Positions 53,859-62,708 of a stretch of DNA of 64,000 bases are shown piece by piece. Numbering within the stretch: position 1 is the stretch's first letter; each line of letters opens with the position of its first letter. Under the pieces are notes generated by a model. The model did not search any database. It saw nothing but the letters and a program-made list of their open reading frames with translations, and was not told where the DNA came from. The translations under genes and the position numbers were made by a program. This DNA is from a virus. Taxonomy: Duplodnaviria > Caudoviricetes. Location: the IMG/VR virus record IMGVR_UViG_3300026549_000029, positions 223,869 through 287,868 of that record; one strand, given 5' to 3'.

Positions 53859-55613
53859 ATGCCTATTGGTAAGCTTTCTACCAAGACTGGTTTTGTTGGT
53901 GGTTCTTACTCTAAAGATCCGATGACAAATTATGTGCAGTCTTTTGCAGAGTTTGCTAAGAACCTGCTTAATGAGTCTGGTATGGATATCTTTGAGGAGC
54001 CCAAGAAGGTTCTTCGTCGTCCTGCAGCTAAGGAAGCTCTGAAGGAGTTCTTCTGCAGCAATTTCATGGATGAAAATTCCAATGATCCTTTCATGAATGA
54101 TCCTGGTTATATTGAGGATCAGTATGCAATGATGGAACAGCAGTTTGAAAATGACGTTGAAGCAGTTTTCGAGCATGCTGATATGGCTGACTATAACCCT
54201 GTTATTGGTATGACCTTCCCTGTCCATAAGAATATCCTTATGAACATGGTCTTCGATAAGGGTGCTATTCAGAAGGTCGTTGCTGAAGGACCCAAGTTCA
54301 CCATGAGCATGGAGAAGAGAATCCTGGTTGATACTCAGGGCAATGAGATCGATATGTTCACTGATCAGAACAAGATGACTCCTGCCATTGATGCTTCCAA
54401 CCCGGTTTATAATATTGAACTCGAACTGCCTGAAGTTGGTGAGACTGATGTTCTTGCTCTTTGTGGTGGTACTAAGCTCGATGCTCTTAGCATTAAGACT
54501 CACATCTCTGCTATTCAGATTGAGAAGATGTATATTGCTGAAGGTGATATTATGCCTGATGCTGATGGGTTCATTCGTCCCAATGGACCTGTTGCAACTG
54601 CAGCAGATGAAGGTGAAGTTAAAAATGTTTGGTTCCCTGTCAACATTCTGTTCCAGCCTGGTTATAATCAGTATGAGAGAAGCTTCAATGCTCCTGTTCA
54701 GCTTGTGGTGAGAGAATCTGCTACTGCTAACAAGAAGATCTCTGATGTTCTTGCTGGTACTATGGATAAGAATATCTTCACTGTTATCTCTGCTAAGGGT
54801 GAAGTGAAGAAAGTTATGCTTGCTGCTGAGCTGGATACTGCTAACCATATGCTTGATACCTGCACTGTTAAGTGGAAGGTTGATACTAAGCTGATTGAAA
54901 TTCCGAATGCTATTCCGCTGAGTGTTACTATCAGCCCCGAAGAGGTTAAGGATCTTGCTGCTCTGTATCAGGTTAATCAGCTGACTAAGATCATGAGCCT
55001 GCTTAAGACTACCTTGGCTAACTACAAGGATGATAAGATTAAGCAGTATCTGGATGAATCTTATGAGAGACTGCCTGAGAATAGCAGAGGCTATATGGAA
55101 TTTGACTATGCTCCGCCTGTTGGATATGCTCTTGATCCTCTGACCTGGAGACATAGTATGTTCTTTGATGCATTCGATAGTGAAGTTACTAGAATGCTTC
55201 AGGTTCTGAATGATCCGAACATGGTTATTACTATCTTTGGTGATCCTGATCTGGTCAGAAAGATTACTCCTGTTGAGTATACTTACAGCAGCCCGAGCAG
55301 CATTGGTCCGGTTGATCTGGACTTCAAGAGAACTGTTGTTACTAGTGACAAGAGAGTCTACCAGTTCATCGGTAGTGACAAGCTCAGGTGGCAAAACGAT
55401 TTAGTAATCCTCATCATGCCGCACAACAGTAACCGTGTTACTTACAGGATTTACGACTACCAGATGTACGTGTCTAATGAACTTAGAAACATCCAGAATC
55501 CCGCACTTCCGGCTGTTACATGTTTCGAAAGGTTCCTTGTGGACGAATTCCAGCCTGTGCAGAGCAGGTGTCGTATTCTCAATAGGAGTGGGCTCAAACC
55601 GGCTCAGAACTAA
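53859..55613 (+). CDS. Probable major capsid protein precursor
   Basis: 584 aa, AGGAGG RBS, strongest codon bias and highest GC in the window, acidic propeptide-like N-terminus, follows a scaffold-like gene and is followed by a terminator. Confidence 0.7.
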   Translation: MPIGKLSTKTGFVGGSYSKDPMTNYVQSFAEFAKNLLNESGMDIFEEPKKVLRRPAAKEALKEFFCSNFMDENSNDPFMNDPGYIEDQYAMMEQQFENDVEAVFEHADMADYNPVIGMTFPVHKNILMNMVFDKGAIQKVVAEGPKFTMSMEKRILVDTQGNEIDMFTDQNKMTPAIDASNPVYNIELELPEVGETDVLALCGGTKLDALSIKTHISAIQIEKMYIAEGDIMPDADGFIRPNGPVATAADEGEVKNVWFPVNILFQPGYNQYERSFNAPVQLVVRESATANKKISDVLAGTMDKNIFTVISAKGEVKKVMLAAELDTANHMLDTCTVKWKVDTKLIEIPNAIPLSVTISPEEVKDLAALYQVNQLTKIMSLLKTTLANYKDDKIKQYLDESYERLPENSRGYMEFDYAPPVGYALDPLTWRHSMFFDAFDSEVTRMLQVLNDPNMVITIFGDPDLVRKITPVEYTYSSPSSIGPVDLDFKRTVVTSDKRVYQFIGSDKLRWQNDLVILIMPHNSNRVTYRIYDYQMYVSNELRNIQNPALPAVTCFERFLVDEFQPVQSRCRILNRSGLKPAQN

Positions 55614-55672
55614 TTTAAGTTTAAAATCAATAATTACTTTATATTTGTTGATATTTGATATGTCGTAATATA

Positions 55673-55710
55673 AAGAGGGTAGGCTTTAAAGCCTACCCTC
55701 CTATTTTTAT
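55673..55710 (+). terminator. Intrinsic terminator
   Basis: GAGGGTAGGC-tttaaa-GCCTACCCTC then T-rich. Confidence 0.75.
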
Positions 55711-55876
55711 TTATATTTTATATATTTTATTAAGCTATTGTATATAGAACTTACATAACATATCACCGGGTACATAGGATTTTATAATAATTAAGAAAAT
55801 TTATACAAAATATTATTTTACAATACGTATAACAAAATAATAATTATATTATATAAAATTTAAAGGAGGATATGTT

Positions 55877-57082
55877 ATGTCTAATAAAATAACTTCTACA
55901 AAGAAAGGTTGGAGAAATCTTATAGGGGAAAGATTTGATAAACTTGTTGTAGAAAAAAGAGGAGAAGATTATATTTATCCTTCATCTAAAAGACATGAAC
56001 CTAGATGGATTTGTAAATGCGATTGTGGAAATAAAATTACAGTTATTCATCATAATCTTCTTAATGGTCATGTGCATTGCTGTAAAGAATGTAAATCTAA
56101 TAAATTAAAAGATATTACTGGTGAAAGGTTTGGAAAATTAACAGTTATAAAAAGAGGAGAAGATTTTATAGGTCCAGCAGGGCGAGAAACACAATGGGTT
56201 TGTAAATGTGATTGTGGAAATACTACAATTGTTAGAGGGCATGCATTAAGGAATGGACATACAAGAAGTTGTGGATGTTTGATAGTTGATTCATCTACAA
56301 AACATGGATTATATAATACTAAGATATATGGTAAATATAATAAAATGAAGCATAGATGTTTTAATAGTAATAATAAGCATTATAAAAGATATGGAGGTAG
56401 AGGAATTACCATTTGTGATGAATGGTTAGGAGAAAATGGATTTATAAATTTTTATAATTGGGCTATGGCTAATGGTTATTCCGATGATCTTACTATTGAT
56501 AGAATTAATAATGATGGAAATTATGAACCTTCTAATTGTAGATGGACTACTCAAGAGGTTCAAGCAAATAATACATCAAATAATGTAATAATAAAATATA
56601 ATAATGAAGAACATACCATTTCAGAATGGGCAAAAATATATAATATTGAATATTATAATTTATATAATAGAATAATTAATTTAGGTTGGTCTATTGATAA
56701 GGCTTTAAATACGCCTATAAATGATTATATTGTAAAAATAAAAGATCCTTATACTGGAAAAGAAAGATTTTTATCTGATATTGCTATTGAACATGGTATC
56801 AATCCTAAATTAGTATATGATAGGGTTGTAAGAGGAGGATGGTCTATTGATAAGGCTTTAAATACGCCTATAAATAATCCTATTAGATATATTACATTTA
56901 ATGGAACTATACTCACTACAAATGAATGGGAATACATTTTAGGATTGTCTAATGGATGTTTGATAGATAGATTAAATTCTGGAATGACTGCAGAAGAAGC
57001 TTTAACTACGGGATTTAGAAATGGAATTTATTTTACTAATGAAGAAACTGGTAAACCTATACCACAAAATGAAGTTGATTAA
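55877..57082 (+). CDS. Free-standing HNH-type homing endonuclease
   Basis: Two WxCKCDCG repeats, YGGRGITICDEW, IDRINNDGNYEPSNCRW and C-terminal GWSIDKALNTP repeats. Confidence 0.85.
   Translation: MSNKITSTKKGWRNLIGERFDKLVVEKRGEDYIYPSSKRHEPRWICKCDCGNKITVIHHNLLNGHVHCCKECKSNKLKDITGERFGKLTVIKRGEDFIGPAGRETQWVCKCDCGNTTIVRGHALRNGHTRSCGCLIVDSSTKHGLYNTKIYGKYNKMKHRCFNSNNKHYKRYGGRGITICDEWLGENGFINFYNWAMANGYSDDLTIDRINNDGNYEPSNCRWTTQEVQANNTSNNVIIKYNNEEHTISEWAKIYNIEYYNLYNRIINLGWSIDKALNTPINDYIVKIKDPYTGKERFLSDIAIEHGINPKLVYDRVVRGGWSIDKALNTPINNPIRYITFNGTILTTNEWEYILGLSNGCLIDRLNSGMTAEEALTTGFRNGIYFTNEETGKPIPQNEVD
56687..56875 (+). repeat. 36-bp exact direct repeat inside the HNH gene
   Basis: TGGTCTATTGATAAGGCTTTAAATACGCCTATAAAT at 56687..56722 and 56840..56875. 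Confidence 0.9.
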
Positions 57083-57109
57083 ATTTAATATTATCTATAT
57101 ATTATAATT

Positions 57110-57703
57110 ATGAATAATAAAAATAAGGAGAAAATAAAAATGGGTAGCAAAAATATGGTAGATTCTACTAGAATTATTATAACTGATGAGTCTGGAAACT
57201 ATTCATTTTCAACTCTTAAAGATATTGCTGAAACTAAACATTATTGTCTTAGTACAATTAGGAAAAGATTAGCTAATGGTATGTCATTAACAGAAGCTAT
57301 TACAACTCCTGTTGGATATGCTAACAAAAAAGTTATTGATCCTAAGACAGGAAAAGAAATGTTTCTTTATGAAATTGCAAAACGTGAAAATATAAAAATT
57401 GATACACTTCATTCTAGAATATTTGATCTTGGATGGAGTATAGAAAGAGCTGTTAATGAACCTATTAATACCTCTAAAGCTAAAAAAGAAATTACATCAG
57501 ATATTGGTGATACTTATTCTTATAGTACATGGGATAAAATTCTTGGATTCGGAAGAGGTACTGTTTCTCATAGAATCCTAAGAGAAAAAACTGAACAGGA
57601 AGCAATCACAACCGGTATTAGAAATGCTATCTACTTTATAGATCCAAAAACAAATAAACCTATTCCTCAAGATCAAGTTGAAGAAGAAGATTTTATTAAT
57701 TAA
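57110..57703 (+). CDS. Nuclease-less paralog of the HNH C-terminal DNA-binding repeats
   Basis: GMSLTEAITTP and GWSIERAVNEP repeats; C-terminus TTGIRNAIYF..KPIPQ is shared with the upstream HNH; likely start 57140. Confidence 0.7.
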   Translation: MNNKNKEKIKMGSKNMVDSTRIIITDESGNYSFSTLKDIAETKHYCLSTIRKRLANGMSLTEAITTPVGYANKKVIDPKTGKEMFLYEIAKRENIKIDTLHSRIFDLGWSIERAVNEPINTSKAKKEITSDIGDTYSYSTWDKILGFGRGTVSHRILREKTEQEAITTGIRNAIYFIDPKTNKPIPQDQVEEEDFIN

Positions 57704-57848
57704 AATTAATATAATATTTGGGAGGTAGTTATTCACCTCCCAAATTTATTTTTTATTATATCTCCTACTTTATTATAATCGAGCCAGAATCGATATAATT
57801 GTAAAGTATTATCGCACTACTAACATACTTTTAAAGGAGGTATATGAT

Positions 57849-58448
57849 ATGAATGAATTTGATAACTATAATAATCCTGCAATAAATCAGTTTTTTAATT
57901 TTCTTTACCAGTCTGGTTTTCATTTAAATCTTTATAGTCCTTTTCAATACTCGATTTATAATAATATGAATGATGATGCAAGCTGGAATACTAATGTTAC
58001 ACTTACTCTTAATTTTGTTCTTGATAGACAGCCTAATCCTTTTATAGGATTTAATCCTACTTCATCATTATCTTCTGATAATAAAGATAATACTACTGTT
58101 GATACTATTATCAATAGAGTTATTATTGTTCCTACTAATACAAATGATCCTTATCTTAAATCTATTAATATTTCAAGAGCTCCTAATGCAAAATATGTTA
58201 GAATTTATTATCTTAACTGTAGTGTTCCTACAGTAGTATCTATTTCTGAAGCCGAAAGAATACTTGGTATATCTAGAGCAACATTATCTCATATTCTTAT
58301 TAAAGCTCATAAAGATGCTGAAATAAGAAAAACATCTGTTAATGTTGATATTGATATTGAAAGAAAAACTGGTAAGATAAAAGCTATTAATGCTATTTAT
58401 TTTGAAGATATTGATGGATATATTGAATATCAAGATCAAGTTAAATAA
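57849..58448 (+). CDS. Hypothetical protein with C-terminal HTH-like segment
   Basis: SISEAERILGISRATLSH; ends NAIYF...QDQV like its two upstream neighbours. Confidence 0.65.
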   Translation: MNEFDNYNNPAINQFFNFLYQSGFHLNLYSPFQYSIYNNMNDDASWNTNVTLTLNFVLDRQPNPFIGFNPTSSLSSDNKDNTTVDTIINRVIIVPTNTNDPYLKSINISRAPNAKYVRIYYLNCSVPTVVSISEAERILGISRATLSHILIKAHKDAEIRKTSVNVDIDIERKTGKIKAINAIYFEDIDGYIEYQDQVK

Positions 58449-58475
58449 TAATTATAAAAATAAGGAGGAAATAAA

Positions 58476-58661
58476 ATGGCATCTAATAAGCAGAATTTAT
58501 CACAGGTTCTTACAACAAAAGAGGTAGCAGATATGCTCAAATGCTCTCCTGATACTGTTAATAATCTTTTCAGATCTGGAAAGATGAAAGGATTTAAAAT
58601 GGGTAAATGGAAAACTACACGAGGAAATGTATATGATTATATTAATAATTCCTGTAAATAA
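58476..58661 (+). CDS. Excisionase-family (HTH_17 / MerR-like) small DNA-binding protein
   Basis: VLTTKEVADMLKCSPDTVNNLFRSGKMKGFKMGKWK matches the Xis-like pattern; AGGAGG RBS. Confidence 0.8.
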   Translation: MASNKQNLSQVLTTKEVADMLKCSPDTVNNLFRSGKMKGFKMGKWKTTRGNVYDYINNSCK

Positions 58662-58686
58662 AAATTTAGAAAAGGAGAGTATATAA

Positions 58687-58917
58687 ATGGGAATCACAGT
58701 TAGAAAACTTAATAAACTTACATTTGAATCACCTGAGTCTAATGCTGATAAGATTATAGAAGCTTTAGATCTTAGTGAGGAAGAATTAGAGGAATTTAAA
58801 GAATCTAAAAAAGATTCATCTAATATAACTGTAAGAGTCAATACTAAAGGAGAAACTATTGTAACTTTAAAGCAAACTCTTACAATGAAAATTAATTTAG
58901 GATCTGATGAGGAATAA
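58687..58917 (+). CDS. Small hypothetical protein
   Basis: 76 aa, AAGGAG RBS. Confidence 0.65.
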   Translation: MGITVRKLNKLTFESPESNADKIIEALDLSEEELEEFKESKKDSSNITVRVNTKGETIVTLKQTLTMKINLGSDEE

Positions 58918-58933
58918 TAAATATACTATAAAA

Positions 58934-58972
58934 ATATCAGTAGAGCAAAAGCTCTACTGATATTTTATTTTT
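58934..58972 (+). terminator. Intrinsic terminator directly before the cassette array
   Basis: AATATCAGTAGAGC-aaaa-GCTCTACTGATATT then T-run. Confidence 0.8.
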
Positions 58973-59008
58973 CTATGACGCTTACCAATACTATGCTATA
59001 TTATATAT

Positions 59009-59665
59009 ATGATAAAATGGGGTAGTACTATATGTACTGTTATAAAATGGGGAAGTACAGTATGTTCTCAAGTTAAATGGGGTAGTACAGTAGTATTTCC
59101 TGATGCTAGTGGTGCTGCTATATATAGTTATGGTAATAATCCATTTAATTCTAATATTGGAAATGACTGGAATTCTAGTACATATGTATCATATATAAAT
59201 ACTAATGTATGCCCTATGACTTTAAATAGTACAAATATATCAATAAGTACTGGTGATATGGCTGGCAGATGTCTAATTGCTGCACCAAATGGTTATACTA
59301 ATACTTGGTTTAAAAATACTACAAAAATAAAAATTGTATGCAGTTTAAATATCAGCACTTCAAGTTCAAGATATTATGCATATCCTTCTATTGAAGTTGG
59401 AACCGTTAAATATAATACTATTGGATATACAGCATTAAATAACTGTTATATTCAAAGAGATGGTAATACTAGAGGTAATACAAGTAATGCATCTACATGG
59501 GCTGCTTCATCTAGTTATCCAATGACTTGGACTGGTGGAACATATAATTTTAATGGAACTTGGGATAATGATACAACATATACCAGATTTATTATAAGAA
59601 TAGATATAAATGGAGCATATGCTGTATTTAGTGGTACGATATCTGAAATAATATTAATATCATAA
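59009..59665 (+). CDS. KWG-repeat cassette protein 1 (putative adhesin / receptor-binding tip)
   Basis: MIKWGSTICTVIKWGSTVCSQVKWGSTVVFP plus variable S/T/N/Y-rich domain. Confidence 0.8.
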   Translation: MIKWGSTICTVIKWGSTVCSQVKWGSTVVFPDASGAAIYSYGNNPFNSNIGNDWNSSTYVSYINTNVCPMTLNSTNISISTGDMAGRCLIAAPNGYTNTWFKNTTKIKIVCSLNISTSSSRYYAYPSIEVGTVKYNTIGYTALNNCYIQRDGNTRGNTSNASTWAASSSYPMTWTGGTYNFNGTWDNDTTYTRFIIRIDINGAYAVFSGTISEIILIS

Positions 59666-59707
59666 TATTTTCTATGACGCTTACCAGTATTATGCTGTAT
59701 GCTATAT

Positions 59708-60250
59708 ATGGCAATAAAATGGGGAAATACATATGTAACTGCTGTTAAATGGGGCAATACTAATTGTACAGTAGTAAAATGGGGAAGTACTGTAGTATTT
59801 CCAGCTGGAGGATTAGGGTATTATTATGGGCAAATAAATTCATCTATTATTAAAGAAATATATCCTTGGGCTACTGGTACATCATTACAATCTGATCATT
59901 TATTATTTACAGCTGCAGTTGCTAATAATACTAGTTGGATTAGATTTTTTAACATAGAAATGATAGATAGTAATCATAAGGTTGGTCCTACTGGATTTTA
60001 TAAATATATAAGAATAAATTATTCTATAACAGGTTTTTCTGTATTTAAATGCGTAGTTGCATCAATGTTTGGAAGCTCTCCTTCTTCAAATTCACATTAT
60101 ATGGAAATTTCAAATAATGTAAAAACAAAAATTCAATATACTGATGGAGTAACTCATGATTCATCTATGTGCTATATTGGTGCTATAAATAGTAGCAACA
60201 TTAAAGGAGCTACACTTAAAATATATGAAATAGATTTTTCTACATCTTAA
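59708..60250 (+). CDS. KWG-repeat cassette protein 2
   Basis: MAIKWGNTYVTAVKWGNTNCTVVKWGSTVVFP plus variable domain. Confidence 0.8.
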   Translation: MAIKWGNTYVTAVKWGNTNCTVVKWGSTVVFPAGGLGYYYGQINSSIIKEIYPWATGTSLQSDHLLFTAAVANNTSWIRFFNIEMIDSNHKVGPTGFYKYIRINYSITGFSVFKCVVASMFGSSPSSNSHYMEISNNVKTKIQYTDGVTHDSSMCYIGAINSSNIKGATLKIYEIDFSTS

Positions 60251-60291
60251 TTTTTCTATGACGCTTACCAGTATTATGCTATATATAATAT

Positions 60292-60816
60292 ATGGCAATA
60301 AAATGAGGTAGTACTACAGTTACTGCTGCTAAGTGGGGTAGTACAGTATGCACTGCAGTATATTGGGGAAGTACTAAAGTATTTCCCGTTGGAGGATATA
60401 ATGGAAGTAGTTTTAGTTATCCTTTAACTGGTGGATTTGCATCTACTACTAGTTATTTTCCAACTGTAACTGTTAATCAATGGATAGGCAATGATACAGT
60501 TACATTCTATTTACCTAAAAGTGTAAATACAAGTATTAATTTTTCTTTATTTAATTCTGTTACACTTACATTCACAGAAACAATAACAGGTGGTGGTTAT
60601 TCCCATGATATAAGCTATTTCTTATATATAGGAGGAAGCCTTGCCGGTACTACTGGTGATTGCCATACGTCTACATCTCCATCGACTTACACTCGTTCAA
60701 TAGATATATCATCTTATACTAATACAACATATTGCAATTTTGAATGTTATGTTCGAAATAATGCTTATGGATATGTAGAATGCAATATAACTATAAAATC
60801 AATTATTTTTTCTTAA
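60292..60816 (+). pseudogene. KWG-repeat cassette 3, inactivated by TGG>TGA at codon 5
   Basis: ATG GCA ATA AAA TGA GGT...; the frame is otherwise open to TAA at 60814..60816; missing from the ORF track. Confidence 0.85.
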
Positions 60817-60864
60817 TAAATAATATTTTTCTATGACGCTTACTAGTATTATGCTATATTATAT

Positions 60865-61431
60865 ATGGCAATAAAATGGGGTAATACTAAAGTTACTGCT
60901 GTTAAATGGGGTAGTACAGTATGTACTATTGTTAAATGGGGTAATACTATAGTATTTCCTGATGCTGGAATAAATGGATCTACTTTTATTGGTCCTTTTA
61001 GTACTGGATTTAACGTATCTTGTTCAGGAAATAGTGCTAGTATTTCTCCATCTGGTAATATAACATCTGGAACAGCATTAAATTTTACCTGTACAAATTA
61101 TTATACTAAAAATAATCAAAATTATAGTTTTTATATTCAATCTATAAATACAAATATAAATTTTTCTCAATATACAGAGTTTAAAATAAATTATACATAT
61201 TCTGTTAGTAATGATATTATAAAAATAACAAATACATATGCATTTATTAACAATCCTAGTGGTTCAAACTATTCTTTTACTACCGATAGTGTTCCAGTTT
61301 CTGGTAAAGAATATCCAATATCTACATCCATAACAGGTAGTTTTTGCCTTTATAGATACTTTAATACTTCTGGTCAAATGGTTTTTGCAGGAAGTATGAA
61401 TCTTAATATATCAAGTATATATCTTTATTAA
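60865..61431 (+). CDS. KWG-repeat cassette protein 4
   Basis: Conserved N-terminus plus variable domain. Confidence 0.8.
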   Translation: MAIKWGNTKVTAVKWGSTVCTIVKWGNTIVFPDAGINGSTFIGPFSTGFNVSCSGNSASISPSGNITSGTALNFTCTNYYTKNNQNYSFYIQSINTNINFSQYTEFKINYTYSVSNDIIKITNTYAFINNPSGSNYSFTTDSVPVSGKEYPISTSITGSFCLYRYFNTSGQMVFAGSMNLNISSIYLY

Positions 61432-61471
61432 TTTTCTATGACGCTTACCAGTATTATGCTATATATTATAT

Positions 61472-62047
61472 ATGGCAATAAAATGGGGTAATACATGGGT
61501 AACTGCTGTTAAATGGGGTAATACGGTATGTACTCAAGTTAAATGGGGAAGTACTGTAGTATTTCCTACTGGTGGGTATGATGGTTCTAGTTTTTCATAT
61601 CCATTTAATACAGGAATTAAAGTCGGTCTTTGTGATAATACAGATGGAGCTACAACTCAATGGTCATCCACTTTTACAAGTGGAAATCCTACATATTCAA
61701 TGCAAATTGGTAATAGATCATCTACTCAATATTGGTGTTTTGGTTGGATAGAATCAGCATCTCAATCTATTGATTTTACAAAATATACAAAAATAAATAT
61801 CGCATGGAGTTTAAGTTTACCAAATAATATTTTTTCATTATCTAAAATATATTTAAAAATGCCAACTGGTAGTACAGATGTATATATAACCAAATATAAC
61901 GGATTTCAAGGAGAAATAGATATATCTGATACTTCCAAATTTCCAAAAGGTACTGGAAAATTACAAATCCAATATAATATTAGTAAAAATTCAAAATATG
62001 GAAATGTAACTGCTACACTTACTTTAACTAAATTAATATTTTCATAA
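61472..62047 (+). CDS. KWG-repeat cassette protein 5
   Basis: Conserved N-terminus plus variable domain. Confidence 0.8.
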   Translation: MAIKWGNTWVTAVKWGNTVCTQVKWGSTVVFPTGGYDGSSFSYPFNTGIKVGLCDNTDGATTQWSSTFTSGNPTYSMQIGNRSSTQYWCFGWIESASQSIDFTKYTKINIAWSLSLPNNIFSLSKIYLKMPTGSTDVYITKYNGFQGEIDISDTSKFPKGTGKLQIQYNISKNSKYGNVTATLTLTKLIFS

Positions 62048-62086
62048 TTTCTATGACGCTTACAAGTATTATGCTATATATTATAT

Positions 62087-62665
62087 ATGGCAATAAAATG
62101 GGGTAATACATATGTTACTGTTGTTAAATGGGGTAATACAGTATGTAGTAAAGTTAAATGGGGAAATACAGTAGTATTTCCTGCTGGTGGATTAGATGGT
62201 GGTGTATTAAGTCCTCCATTTACTAATGGTTTTAGATCATCTGCAGATGGAGGAAGTGATGCTACTCCAAGTGAAAGTGAAACAGACTGGAGTTTAACTA
62301 ATGGAAATCTATATAGATCTAGAACTTCAAGAATTACTAAAACTTATGATAGTGCTCGTATAACATTCCTTACAAAAGATAATATAGGATTAAATAGTTA
62401 TACATCTATAGCAGTAACTTTTGATCTTGGAGATTGGCGAGGTGCATATAGTGCTAAAGTTACTATAAGTGGACAAGATGTTGGATATAACTATGATATT
62501 TCATCTGTGAGTAGTGGAACAACATATACTCTTTCAAGTTATAGAACAGCTAGATCTTGGATAACATCAGCAGGTAAATTATATATTACTGGCTATTGGT
62601 ATTGGGATAATAGGGTTTTTACTGCTACAAATACATTTACTGTATCTAAAATAATACTTAGTTAA
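62087..62665 (+). CDS. KWG-repeat cassette protein 6
   Basis: Conserved N-terminus plus variable domain. Confidence 0.8.
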   Translation: MAIKWGNTYVTVVKWGNTVCSKVKWGNTVVFPAGGLDGGVLSPPFTNGFRSSADGGSDATPSESETDWSLTNGNLYRSRTSRITKTYDSARITFLTKDNIGLNSYTSIAVTFDLGDWRGAYSAKVTISGQDVGYNYDISSVSSGTTYTLSSYRTARSWITSAGKLYITGYWYWDNRVFTATNTFTVSKIILS

Positions 62666-62708
62666 TTAATTCCTATGACGCTTACCAGTATTATGCTATA
62701 TATAATAC

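Noticed and set aside
53832-55394. 520-aa antisense ORF
   Set aside because: Shadow of the codon-biased capsid gene; no RBS or protein-like features.
60304-60306. Stop-codon reassignment (TGA=Trp or TAG=Gln)
   Set aside because: Long genes are intact in the standard code, and TGA and TAG end several genes normally (e.g. 43512, 46699, 44291, 49864).
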